A stretch of DNA of 64,000 nucleotides from a virus. The DNA is taken from positions 26,889 through 90,888 of the IMG/VR virus record IMGVR_UViG_3300045922_000167, one strand, 5' to 3'. Below, piece after piece: positions 18,111 to 27,919 of this stretch. Every line of letters starts with the position of its first letter. The first letter of the stretch is position 1. The position numbers were made by a program, and so were the translations under genes. The notes below the pieces were generated by a model. The model did no database searches. It was given only the letters and a program-made list of their open reading frames with translations, and was not told the origin of the DNA.

Positions 18111-20161
18111 ATTATTTGATTACAAACACAAAAACGTTATTTGATGAAAATAACGGTTGGAAAATACTAAACGTAATTTCTCAAACAGAAACTACGATTA
18201 GTAGATTAGTAAATGTGTTACAATCTAGTAATATATATTATTTAGATACTGAAACTACTGGATTAGATCCACACCTTAATAGATTACTTTTAGTAACTAT
18301 TAGATCAGGTTACGATACCATAGTAATTGATTTTTCTAATTTAGGAGATAAACAAGAAGCTATTAAAGTCTTGTTAAATTCATATCTAACTAAAGAAGAA
18401 AAAACAATTGTATGGTTTAATGGTAAGTTTGATTACAAGTTTATGTTAAAGAACTTTGGTATTCATTTAACTAATCATTATGATTTGTTTTTAGCTCATA
18501 AAGCTATAACAAATGGGTTAGATGAACCAAATAGTCTTAAGGATGTAGTTAACAAATACTTAGGATTTTATATGGCTAAAGAAGAACGTACTGAATTCCT
18601 AAAGTATGATAAATCAACTTATTTACCTAAGTTATCTCATATACAGTACGCTGCAAAAGATGTAGACGTTCTTGAAGATTTGTACGAAATATTACGTAAG
18701 GAAGTAAGAGACAAAGAATTAACTCAAGTAGTTGATTTAGAAAATTCTGTTATGCCAGCATATGCTTTTATGGAATATACTGGAGTTCCTTTGGATATTA
18801 CGTATTGGCAAGAAAATATTATATCTAAATACCAAGCGTTAGCTGATATATGTTTAGATAATTTAACTAAGATAGCTCTCAGTGACCCTGCACTCTCCAA
18901 ATATAAAATAAAAAATCCTATCGTAAATTTATTTGGAGAACCAGATTACGCTATTTCTAGAAACGGTAAACCTTTAATAAGTAAGGAAGCCATATATCAT
19001 AGCATTAACTGGAATTCTAACCAGCAAGTGTTAGAAATAATGAAAAATGACTATGGTATTGAATGTAGTTACAAAATACAAGGTCAAGTAAAACAAGGCG
19101 TTAATGCCGATGTTTTACTTGCACATTGTAGCGAAGAATTTAAACACTCAGTGAGTGATGGAGACTTAAAAAAAGGTACAGAGACTGCGAGTAGTATATT
19201 TGAATGGTTGTACCTTTTGAAGAAAACTGAGAAGCTCTTGAGAACGTATGGACAAAATCTAATAGACATAATTAACCCAGTTACTAAACGTCTCCATTGT
19301 GAATTTAACCAAATGGGTACAGACACAGGAAGGGTATCTTCAAACAACCCTAACCTTCAAAACTTACCACGTTTGCAAGAATTTCGTTCAGGTATTAGAG
19401 TACATGGAGATGATAAATGGTTGATAACATTAGATTACGATGGTGCTGAATTACGAATCATAGCTGATGGAGCTGAAGAGCCTACTATGATTAGAGCTTT
19501 TAATGACGGTGAGGATGTTCACGCTTTCTTAGCTACTAAAGCCTATGGCGTTACAGTAACTAAGAAAGAAAACAAACATCTAAGAAATAATATGAAGACA
19601 GTGAACTTTGGATTAGCTTATGGGGCTGGTCCGTCTAAGTTTGCTGATATATTTGGTTCAGTAGAAAAAGCTAAAGACTTCTTGGATAACGTTTACTACA
19701 AGAACTTTCCTAAACTTAAAACGTTTTTTAATTCCTTAGCTGAATTCGGTCAAACTAACGGCTACATAACTACTTTTCCTCCAATAAGTAGAAAACGATT
19801 TTTTCCTAATCACGAAGAAATCGTAGAAAAAGCTAAAACGGACAAAGAATATCAAGCTAAGTTAGCTGCGATAGGTAGAGAATCTAAAAATACTCCTATT
19901 CAAGGTACTTCAGCTGATATAATCAAATTAGCTACTGCTACGTTATTTAACGAAATACTACGTAATAATATGTTAAATAACGTTAAAATAATTAACCAAG
20001 TACATGATGAATTAACTATTGAATTAAATGGATATTCATTAGAAGAAGCTAGATCTTTTGCTACTTGGATTAAAGGGGTTATGGTATATGCTGGCTCTTT
20101 ACAAATAAAACATGTCGTTATGGAAGTATCATACGACATAGACAAAATATGGGTTAAATAA
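18107..20161 (+). CDS. polA: family A DNA polymerase with 3'-5' exonuclease
   Basis: Exo I DTETTG, exo III YAAKDV, TGRVSSNNPNLQN, motif A DYDGAELR, motif B KTVNFGLAYG, motif C QVHDE. Confidence 0.95.
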   Translation: MNYLITNTKTLFDENNGWKILNVISQTETTISRLVNVLQSSNIYYLDTETTGLDPHLNRLLLVTIRSGYDTIVIDFSNLGDKQEAIKVLLNSYLTKEEKTIVWFNGKFDYKFMLKNFGIHLTNHYDLFLAHKAITNGLDEPNSLKDVVNKYLGFYMAKEERTEFLKYDKSTYLPKLSHIQYAAKDVDVLEDLYEILRKEVRDKELTQVVDLENSVMPAYAFMEYTGVPLDITYWQENIISKYQALADICLDNLTKIALSDPALSKYKIKNPIVNLFGEPDYAISRNGKPLISKEAIYHSINWNSNQQVLEIMKNDYGIECSYKIQGQVKQGVNADVLLAHCSEEFKHSVSDGDLKKGTETASSIFEWLYLLKKTEKLLRTYGQNLIDIINPVTKRLHCEFNQMGTDTGRVSSNNPNLQNLPRLQEFRSGIRVHGDDKWLITLDYDGAELRIIADGAEEPTMIRAFNDGEDVHAFLATKAYGVTVTKKENKHLRNNMKTVNFGLAYGAGPSKFADIFGSVEKAKDFLDNVYYKNFPKLKTFFNSLAEFGQTNGYITTFPPISRKRFFPNHEEIVEKAKTDKEYQAKLAAIGRESKNTPIQGTSADIIKLATATLFNEILRNNMLNNVKIINQVHDELTIELNGYSLEEARSFATWIKGVMVYAGSLQIKHVVMEVSYDIDKIWVK

Positions 20162-20194
20162 TCAAATTTTTTCAAACATCTAATTTATACAATC

Positions 20195-20713
20195 ATGCAA
20201 GAAACTAGTAAAAACATTATGGACGAAATCTTGAATAGTATTTACAGTCCAAAACCTAAAAATGAACAACAAGATCCTACTACTATTAAAGAGTTACTGG
20301 ATACTTGTTATAAAATGGTGTATAATGAATTAATTCAACATTATACTCCAGATGAATTAAGTAATCTATTTATGTACTTTGTTGTCAGCATTTACAATTA
20401 CAGAGTAAGTGTTAGACATATTTTTAAAAGCGAAGAAGGAGATAAATTAGCTAACGAACTTAGGTTCATTAGCGTAGGATCAGCTTTTACTAAAGTTAAT
20501 GATTATATTAATAAGCTGTCTAATATTAAGCCTTTATTAATAGACTTAGCTACGAACTATGAAGACTTGTACGATTTAGATTCGTATTTCTATGGTACGT
20601 ATCATGTAGTGCATTGTTACAGTATTCAAGATACATTTATTAAAATAATATCTAAATACATTTTTAACGCAATACAAGATAAATTAACTTTTGATAATGA
20701 AAATGACAGGTAA
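20195..20713 (+). CDS. hypothetical protein
   Basis: 172-aa ORF in the operon. Confidence 0.65.
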   Translation: MQETSKNIMDEILNSIYSPKPKNEQQDPTTIKELLDTCYKMVYNELIQHYTPDELSNLFMYFVVSIYNYRVSVRHIFKSEEGDKLANELRFISVGSAFTKVNDYINKLSNIKPLLIDLATNYEDLYDLDSYFYGTYHVVHCYSIQDTFIKIISKYIFNAIQDKLTFDNENDR

Positions 20714-21356
20714 ATTAAAATTCAATCAGTACGTTCCTCTAATGCAGGAACTACTTGCTTCTCCTGTATTTCTTAAGTTTAAACGTTTCAAAGAAACGTT
20801 TGTACGAAGTGTAGAAAATAACGTAGTTTATCTTAACAACGAAGATAACTTAGTAGGTATAGTAACAATAGACTGTAATAACTGTGAACATCCTTTAAGA
20901 GATTATGATATTATAGGTAAGTTTCTTAGCGATGAGATAGATAATCCAACAAAACTATCTGATTTTAAGAAAAGAATAGAAGATGATGAATTTTGTCTTT
21001 TATTACCTGTATATATGTATAATCATGGGGACGTAATGGTGTCAACTTCTCCTTTTGAATGTCAGTTTGACTCAGGTGTATTAGGCTATTGGGTGTTTAC
21101 GCAACAAGAGCTAGATGAACATTTTAAAGGAAATAGGGAAGAAGCTAATAAATACGTAAAACATCGTATTGAAGAATATTCTGAGTATTTACAAGGTAAC
21201 GTCTATACGTTACATACATTTGATCAGGAAACTTTTCAATACGAAGATAGCGTATCAGGCATCTACAATATCAAAAAAGACTTTAGTACAAGTTTTTCCG
21301 AACAATTCGGTGGAAACTGGGAAAAAGAAACCATTAATATTATTTGGGTAATTTAA
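20697..21356 (+). CDS. conserved phage hypothetical protein
   Basis: LPVYMYNHG...FDSGVLG...EEYSEYLQGNVY...DSVSGIY motifs common in phage/MGE proteins. Confidence 0.65.
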   Translation: MKMTGKLKFNQYVPLMQELLASPVFLKFKRFKETFVRSVENNVVYLNNEDNLVGIVTIDCNNCEHPLRDYDIIGKFLSDEIDNPTKLSDFKKRIEDDEFCLLLPVYMYNHGDVMVSTSPFECQFDSGVLGYWVFTQQELDEHFKGNREEANKYVKHRIEEYSEYLQGNVYTLHTFDQETFQYEDSVSGIYNIKKDFSTSFSEQFGGNWEKETINIIWVI

Positions 21357-21365
21357 TGACAAGTA

Positions 21366-22586
21366 ATGACAAGAGATGAACTGCAAATGGAAGCACTTCA
21401 GTCCTGGATAAATTCAGGATGTGTAGGGAACATAATATTACCTACTGGTACAGGTAAAAGTAAATTAGCTCTAATGGCTGCTGGTTCGGTCATAGAGCAT
21501 TTTTATTCTCTCAATATGCTCACTGAGAGTTCGCAAGTATTAATTGTAACAAGTCGTATTAACCTTAAAATAAACGAATTTCCAAATACTATTAAGAAGT
21601 TTGGTTACGAAGCTTGGGCTAAGTACATTAAAATACATTGTCTACAATCAGCTTACAAGTTTTCAGGTAACCATTACTTGTGTATAATAGTAGATGAAGT
21701 ACATAACATGTATGGAACTAATTATACTGCTCTTATTAATAATAATAGCTATTATTATTACCTCGGATTAACAGCTACGTTATCCAAAGAAAAAGAAATT
21801 CATTCTTTGTCACACAACATTCCTATTGTTTACAAAAAGACATTTAATGATGTTGTACGACATAAAATAGTAAATCCAGTTACAGTAATTAACGTAGCAA
21901 TTACGTTAAACGAAACTGAATTAAACGCTTACCAAGAAATTAACTTGGATATAGAAAATCTTGTTGATGCTTTAGTACCTAACGGTACTGCATTTGATGC
22001 GTTAAAATTAGCTACGAAATATTCTAAAGACACAACTAATGAGTTTATGCAAAAGTTAAGTCTTAGATATTTTAAACTAATTAAAGAAAGACTAAGAATA
22101 CTACAATGGGCTGAAAGTAGATACTCGTGTTTACTTTCTATATTATCTAAACATCAAGATGAAAAAATAATAGTATTTACTGGTTCTATTGGTCAGTTAG
22201 AAACATATTACGTTAACGTTACAAACTTAAAAACATTTAAGACTTTTAGGTATCATAGTCAAATGACTAAAAAAGAAAGATTACAAGAATTAGATAAGTT
22301 TGCTAAAGAACCTAAATCTGCTATTATTTTCTCAGCTGAAGCGTTAAATGAGGGTGTCGATATACCTGATTGTAGTGTAGCTATTGTATTATTTGGTACT
22401 ACAAGTCAACTTGTAGATACACAAAGAAAAGGAAGAATTGCACGTTTCGCTGATAACAAAAATGCTATCATGTATAACGTGTATGTAAGTTCTAGCATAG
22501 AACACAAATACGTACTAAATCGCACAAAAGAAAACAAAGAATATTCATCATGGATAACAATGGATCAATTACAAAAATCAACGTAA
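21366..22586 (+). CDS. superfamily 2 (DEAD/ResIII-like) helicase
   Basis: PTGTGKS, DEVH, GLTAT, LNEGVDIPD, QRKGRIAR. Confidence 0.9.
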   Translation: MTRDELQMEALQSWINSGCVGNIILPTGTGKSKLALMAAGSVIEHFYSLNMLTESSQVLIVTSRINLKINEFPNTIKKFGYEAWAKYIKIHCLQSAYKFSGNHYLCIIVDEVHNMYGTNYTALINNNSYYYYLGLTATLSKEKEIHSLSHNIPIVYKKTFNDVVRHKIVNPVTVINVAITLNETELNAYQEINLDIENLVDALVPNGTAFDALKLATKYSKDTTNEFMQKLSLRYFKLIKERLRILQWAESRYSCLLSILSKHQDEKIIVFTGSIGQLETYYVNVTNLKTFKTFRYHSQMTKKERLQELDKFAKEPKSAIIFSAEALNEGVDIPDCSVAIVLFGTTSQLVDTQRKGRIARFADNKNAIMYNVYVSSSIEHKYVLNRTKENKEYSSWITMDQLQKST

Positions 22587-23071
22587 GTCATCTGCATTAT
22601 TGCTTGACTATATTAGCAAGCGGATTACAAACTGACATTCATAATGCTTTAGACCTAATATTAAACTTAAAAAAAGAGTTTGATACTAAAGAAGTAATGT
22701 TAGGATTAAATAATTATGAAAAAGTTAAAGAATATGCTGATAACTATTTTATATTTCAAGATATAGATATATCAGCATATGCTATGTATCACATGTTAGT
22801 AAGAATATATCCTCAGACTACAAGTCAAGGTAGATTACTAATTACAGACTATGAGAAGTGTATAGCATTATTAAATAATATCATTAATAGCGGAACTATA
22901 TTGCCTTTAGAACTTGAAGAAAAATGTAAAAAGTACATAAGATACATGCTAAACACTCCAGGTCAAGAAGTTTACATAAAATCATTATACGAATGGCTTA
23001 AAGGTAAACATTATAATGATGTAATACCTGAAGTAAAACGTTCAGTTTCTGGTTTTGACAATGCCTTGTAA
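22550..23071 (+). CDS. hypothetical replication-associated protein
   Basis: Directly upstream of DnaB-like helicase; YP...YIKSLYEWL C-term resembles phage initiator/loader domains. Confidence 0.45.
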   Translation: MDNNGSITKINVSHLHYCLTILASGLQTDIHNALDLILNLKKEFDTKEVMLGLNNYEKVKEYADNYFIFQDIDISAYAMYHMLVRIYPQTTSQGRLLITDYEKCIALLNNIINSGTILPLELEEKCKKYIRYMLNTPGQEVYIKSLYEWLKGKHYNDVIPEVKRSVSGFDNAL

Positions 23072-24011
23072 ATCTTTACACGAAATATTAACTGATACGT
23101 ACAATTCGTTAACTTACTACCGTTCAGGTAATCCTTATTGCTTTGTAACGAAATTTAACTCACTTAATGATGCTTTAGGTGGAGGTATTGAATTTGGTAC
23201 TACAATGGTGATAGGAGCAAGACCTGGTATGGGCAAGTCAACGATTGTAATGCAGTTAATCTTAGACATTCAAGAAGTAAATCACTTTCCTTTAGAGATT
23301 CATTTCTTGAATTGGGAGATGACTACTAATCAATTGGGTATTAGAGTATTAGCCAATCAAACTAATATGAATATATCCAAGATAAGAAGTTTAGATACGA
23401 TGAGTCTTTATGAAAACGTTAGTACTATTCAAAATAAAATACCAAATAAAATTTACGTAAATGATAATGCAATGACTTTACAAGATTTAGATTCGTATAT
23501 TAGTACTCAGTGTGACCATAGAGAAGAAATAAAAAAACTATTCGTTATAGACCATACACGTTTATTACTTCCATCCGATGAAAGAACAGAAGAAGAAAGG
23601 CTATTCAATCTATGCAGGTATATTAATCATTCGAATAAGTTACATGGAGCATCCTATATTTTGCTTTCTCAATTGAGTAGAGAAAGTGAAAGGGAAAATT
23701 CATCACTTAAGACTGAAGGATACCGAGAGCCTATAATGGCTGATTTGTTCGGAGCATCTGCATTAGAACAATTCGCTCATAGTGTTATTTTGCTTTACGC
23801 TCCTAAGCTAAATGAGCGTGAAACATATCCTATGCACTACAATAACGTTACGTATCAAATACCGACTGATAACTTAATAATCGGTAAGCTCGTAAAAAAT
23901 CGTAATGGTCCAATAGGTAAATTATATTTTGTAACAGAAAGCTCTACTTTTGTAATAAAAGAGTTTGATAAATCAACACTACAAAACCCATTTGAGTTAT
24001 ATGGAAAATAA
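23061..24011 (+). CDS. dnaB: DnaB-like replicative helicase (SF4)
   Basis: GARPGMGKS, WEM, VIDH, LSQLSRE, DLFGASALEQFA, KNRNG. Confidence 0.9.
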   Translation: MPCKSLHEILTDTYNSLTYYRSGNPYCFVTKFNSLNDALGGGIEFGTTMVIGARPGMGKSTIVMQLILDIQEVNHFPLEIHFLNWEMTTNQLGIRVLANQTNMNISKIRSLDTMSLYENVSTIQNKIPNKIYVNDNAMTLQDLDSYISTQCDHREEIKKLFVIDHTRLLLPSDERTEEERLFNLCRYINHSNKLHGASYILLSQLSRESERENSSLKTEGYREPIMADLFGASALEQFAHSVILLYAPKLNERETYPMHYNNVTYQIPTDNLIIGKLVKNRNGPIGKLYFVTESSTFVIKEFDKSTLQNPFELYGK

Positions 24012-24609
24012 TTTAGAGATTATAAGCACCGAACCAAAAGACGTAACTATTTCGTCTAATAGAAAAGAAAGATCTGTAGAATACTACCAATCAGAGTCTG
24101 AGATTCTTCAAGCTCTTATTGATAGTAAAGCATTACCAGCTTGGTGTGATACCAAAGAAAAAGCGTTTGTAATCGCTCAGAAAGCCAAAGAATTAAACAT
24201 TGGTATTATGGCTGCCTTTGACTATCTAATCATGGTACAAGGCAAAATAACGCTAAATGCGAATGGTATTAACTCCTTAATACAAAAAGCTGGTTACGAA
24301 ATTGAGATGGTGTACGACTACGAACCTCAGTTTGATAGCAACGGTGAAGTAATAGATTATATTACTACTATTAATTTGTATATGCCAAGTAAATTAAGAC
24401 CTGGTGTAATCAACAAATACACAGATACTTTTAGATATTCTGATGCCATAAGAGCTGGTATTACTGGTAATCCTACTTGGCAAAAATATCCAAAACAAAT
24501 GATGTTTGCTCGCTGTCTTACAAATTTATGTCGTAGATTTGCACCTAACATACTTGGTGGTTTATATACAAACGAAGAAATCCAATCAATCAATGCCGAA
24601 GAAAAGTAA
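24001..24609 (+). CDS. RecT/Redbeta-like single-strand annealing protein
   Basis: KELNIGIMAA...VQGK...DAIRAG...WQKYPKQMMFARC...GLYTNEEI. Confidence 0.7.
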   Translation: MENNLEIISTEPKDVTISSNRKERSVEYYQSESEILQALIDSKALPAWCDTKEKAFVIAQKAKELNIGIMAAFDYLIMVQGKITLNANGINSLIQKAGYEIEMVYDYEPQFDSNGEVIDYITTINLYMPSKLRPGVINKYTDTFRYSDAIRAGITGNPTWQKYPKQMMFARCLTNLCRRFAPNILGGLYTNEEIQSINAEEK

Positions 24610-24796
24610 TAAACATAGAGTTCCTGTAGCTGTTGTTCGTTTTTCTTTTGAAAAAGAAAATGAAGCAAATTTCGATATAACTTTACAAATTATCGAAGAA
24701 ATAATGTACATGGAATCTATGAAATACGAACCAGATGTATTTGATGATTGGGTCAATCAGGAATTAGAAAAACAAACAACTTCCCACCCTGAGTAG
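24593..24796 (+). CDS. hypothetical protein
   Basis: MPKKSNKH... overlapping upstream stop. Confidence 0.5.
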   Translation: MPKKSNKHRVPVAVVRFSFEKENEANFDITLQIIEEIMYMESMKYEPDVFDDWVNQELEKQTTSHPE

Positions 24797-24846
24797 TTTT
24801 GCTCATTTACTACGCTTACAATCATAAATGAGCATATTCTTCAATT

Positions 24847-24876
24847 ACCCTTGCGTGTTAATGCAAGGGTTTTTTA
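24847..24876 (+). terminator. intrinsic terminator
   Basis: ACCCTTGC-loop-GCAAGGGT plus T tract. Confidence 0.7.
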
Positions 24877-24903
24877 TCTTACAAACCTTAAAGTTTAATT
24901 AAT

Positions 24904-25509
24904 ATGTCAGTATTAAGTAGAAACAGAATTTTAGAAGAGTTAAAAAAAGGTTCTATTGTCATAGAACCTTTTGATATTGAATTGTTAAGTGAAAATAGTT
25001 ATGATGTAACGTTAGGTAATAAACTTAAATTACAAGTATGTAACGATAATTACAAACTTAATATGGAAATAGATTTAGATGATGATAAGTCTATTCCTGA
25101 TATGTACAAACATCAAGATGGTGGACTTTTAATGACGCCTGATATGACAATATTAGGCGTTACGCAGCAATATACCGAAACATACTTATTCTATCCTAAA
25201 ATGGAAGGGAAAAGTAGTTTAGGTAGACAGTTTTTAGGTTCTGTTGATTTAGCTGGTAGCGGAGATATAGGCTTCAAAGGATATTGGACTCTTGAATTAA
25301 CTACCAGACGAAATGTTAGATTATTCACAGGTATGAAAATAGCTCAACTGCTTTATTATACCGTTGATTGTACTGAAAGTGAATTGAAAAGATTTACTGA
25401 AGCTATGAAAAGTAAAAGTAACACAGGTTACTCTAAAAAAGGAATTGATTCTAGATATAACAATAATGAACAAATTCCTATCGAAGCAAGAAAAAACTAC
25501 GATAAGTAG
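24904..25509 (+). CDS. dcd: dCTP deaminase
   Basis: NSYDVTLG, EGKSSLGR, AGSGDIGFKGYWTLE, GMKIAQL. Confidence 0.88.
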   Translation: MSVLSRNRILEELKKGSIVIEPFDIELLSENSYDVTLGNKLKLQVCNDNYKLNMEIDLDDDKSIPDMYKHQDGGLLMTPDMTILGVTQQYTETYLFYPKMEGKSSLGRQFLGSVDLAGSGDIGFKGYWTLELTTRRNVRLFTGMKIAQLLYYTVDCTESELKRFTEAMKSKSNTGYSKKGIDSRYNNNEQIPIEARKNYDK

Positions 25510-25570
25510 TTTGTTATGAAACTAAAATTTTTTTAATTTAGCACTTTATTAACCATTTTATTTAAATATT

Positions 25571-26266
25571 ATGTTTAAACCTATCATCACTCCAAAACTA
25601 AGAAAAAGTACAAAAAAGACTATTTTACCTAATGGTCATTTTGTACTAGGCCTAAAAAACATGAAGTTTAATAAGGCCTTTTTAAGAAACGTTATTCAAA
25701 CTGATGAGAACGTAAAAAATGACCCAGTAGCGTATTTTACTATAGCTAATGGTACACAAGGTACGGTTCTTGTTTGTAATCCTATTATTAATAACCCTGT
25801 TAATTATGTATCTCCAACAGTAGTACGAGATGTTTCTCAGAACTACGAACTAGAAGATACAGACTTAGTGTTATTAATGTCTAAGCAACCATTTGCATTA
25901 ACTACTATGAAGTGTTTTAACATTTCAAGTATTGGTGTATCAAATGGTACTGCTGAAGTTATTGACCAACTTATTGGTAAGTATGGTCGTGAAATTCCTA
26001 CAAGCTCTACTGAAGTAGCACTTCGGGATAGCAATGGGAAACTTCAATTAACGCCAAATAACGAACCTATATTTGTTAAGAAAGCAACGTACAACAAGGC
26101 TGTATTTGAATGCTATGCCGTAGCTGTTGTAACTAGTCAAGTAGACGCTAACGCTAAAAGTCCTATTTACGCTTTGTTATTTAAGTTAGTTGATGCAAGT
26201 CAACCTCAAGACAAAGAAAGAATTAATTTAACTAAAACTTTAAGTGCGTTATCTATTCGTAAATAA
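25571..26266 (+). CDS. hypothetical protein
   Basis: 231-aa ORF followed by a terminator. Confidence 0.7.
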   Translation: MFKPIITPKLRKSTKKTILPNGHFVLGLKNMKFNKAFLRNVIQTDENVKNDPVAYFTIANGTQGTVLVCNPIINNPVNYVSPTVVRDVSQNYELEDTDLVLLMSKQPFALTTMKCFNISSIGVSNGTAEVIDQLIGKYGREIPTSSTEVALRDSNGKLQLTPNNEPIFVKKATYNKAVFECYAVAVVTSQVDANAKSPIYALLFKLVDASQPQDKERINLTKTLSALSIRK

Positions 26267-26295
26267 ATTAATCTTAAATTAGTCATTCACAACTT

Positions 26296-26321
26296 AGGGC
26301 AGCATTACACTGCCCTTTTTT
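26296..26321 (+). terminator. intrinsic terminator
   Basis: AGGGCAG-loop-CTGCCCT plus T tract. Confidence 0.7.
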
Positions 26322-26364
26322 ATACTCTAATCTTTTAATCTTTAACCTTTATATACAAAATTTT

Positions 26365-27057
26365 ATGTCTAATCAAAACTTTTTCGCAGGCTTTGACGCC
26401 AACAAAATTGAGGAACAATCTGTTTCTATGGTTCCAGGTTTGTACAACAATATTATCGTAGATAATATTCGTTTGTACCCAGCTAAGGATGGTACGTTGA
26501 ATAACGGTGCTAGCATCAAGCTAGTATTTTACCGTTACAATGCAGATGGTATTAAGGAGAAAGCGTATGGTACGTTATGGTTGTTTGCTAAGAACCGTAA
26601 GACACAGCAACCTGAACCTAACAGTTCGCAAGTGTTATCTGTAATAGGTAACTTACTATTACTTATAGGCTTTGACGCTAACAAGGTAACTGAAGAGGTA
26701 CGTAAGTGTACGAATTGGGAAGAGTACGTTAAGTTAATTAATGGATTTATTGATTCGTTACCTGAAGACAGACGTTTAATTCAGCTGTTAGTAATGAACG
26801 CTTATTCTGATAATGAAAAGCGTTATGTAAGACCTGAGGTTAACGTTAACAAGCCTTTCTGTGCGAAGAATAACTCTCAAGAGACTTTACATTTTGATGA
26901 GAGTAAGTTAGTTGCGCCAATTACTACATCTACGGTAGTATTACCACAAGCTGGTAAAGGTATATTACCTACAATGCCTGGTATTCCTAAGCCTGCTGCA
27001 ATACCATCTATGCCAATAATGCCAAAACCTCTTGGAAATACTGGTGAAAGTAAGTAA
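26365..27057 (+). CDS. putative ssDNA-binding protein
   Basis: F...PGLY N-term like DUF669-type phage SSBs; Pro-rich tail; biased codons; replication module. Confidence 0.4.
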   Translation: MSNQNFFAGFDANKIEEQSVSMVPGLYNNIIVDNIRLYPAKDGTLNNGASIKLVFYRYNADGIKEKAYGTLWLFAKNRKTQQPEPNSSQVLSVIGNLLLLIGFDANKVTEEVRKCTNWEEYVKLINGFIDSLPEDRRLIQLLVMNAYSDNEKRYVRPEVNVNKPFCAKNNSQETLHFDESKLVAPITTSTVVLPQAGKGILPTMPGIPKPAAIPSMPIMPKPLGNTGESK

Positions 27058-27140
27058 ATTTGCTACTCGTTTTACCATAATAGTTTTTGTCCATAATTTT
27101 AGAATGAAAGCATAAAGTCGTGATGATTTTAAGGCTTAGC

Positions 27141-27175
27141 CTCCCCTTGATTAACTTCAAGGGGAGTTATTTTTT
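27141..27175 (+). terminator. intrinsic terminator
   Basis: CTCCCCTTGA-loop-TCAAGGGGAG plus T-rich tract. Confidence 0.7.
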
Positions 27176-27236
27176 AATGTTATTATTTACTAAGATACAC
27201 TACGCCGTAGTGCAGCGAGTCGCTACCGCTGAGGAC

Positions 27237-27268
27237 AGGGCAGGATTAATTTCCTGCCCTTTTATTTA
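27237..27268 (+). terminator. second terminator-like hairpin
   Basis: AGGGCAGGA-loop-TCCTGCCCT plus T tract. Confidence 0.6.
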
Positions 27269-27297
27269 TTTTCTTTTAACCTTAAACTATTTTAGTT

Positions 27298-27606
27298 ATG
27301 TACATATTAAAAGACATTACACCTGGAAGTTCGTTTAATAACTTTCCTAAATCAGGTAAGCAATTTCGTAGCTTACGTGATATTAAAAAGTACTTTGATG
27401 ATTCTGAATGTGTTTACGTAGTTGAAGAAATGACTAGTGATTTTGAACCTTCAGACTACTTGATTACAGTATCGTCTGGTGATTGTAAATATAGCGGTAT
27501 GTCATTCAAGGCTATATATAACGTAGATGACTTTGATGATGACTTTGGAGAAGAAGACTATTTAGATTTTGACTATGATAATTACGATGCTGAACATCCT
27601 TATTAA
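27298..27606 (+). CDS. acidic hypothetical protein
   Basis: 102 aa with D/E/Y/F-rich C-term. Confidence 0.65.
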   Translation: MYILKDITPGSSFNNFPKSGKQFRSLRDIKKYFDDSECVYVVEEMTSDFEPSDYLITVSSGDCKYSGMSFKAIYNVDDFDDDFGEEDYLDFDYDNYDAEHPY

Positions 27607-27617
27607 TTATATCCAAA

Positions 27618-27917
27618 ATGAGACATTTAACTAACGAAGAGTTAACTAGTATTGTAACGAATTTATTCGAGAATTCAGAAATAGAATCTTATTACTTGTA
27701 TTATGATTTTTCTCCTTATGATGATGATGACTTAGTTTTACCAGAAGGGTTACCAATAAGTATTATAGGCTGTACTAAGTACATTAACGAATCTATTATT
27801 TTACTTGCCTCTCCTACTGAGGAGTACGTTTACACCAACAAATGGGGAGTAGAAGTAACCTTAGATGAAGTATTGGAACTTACTACAGACTATATTGGTG
27901 TTAAAGATGACAATTAG
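27618..27917 (+). CDS. acidic hypothetical protein
   Basis: 99 aa, D/E-rich. Confidence 0.65.
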   Translation: MRHLTNEELTSIVTNLFENSEIESYYLYYDFSPYDDDDLVLPEGLPISIIGCTKYINESIILLASPTEEYVYTNKWGVEVTLDEVLELTTDYIGVKDDN

Positions 27918-27919
27918 TT

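Noticed and set aside
27120-27338. 72-aa ORF in the track
   Set aside because: GTG start, runs through two terminator hairpins; more likely non-coding
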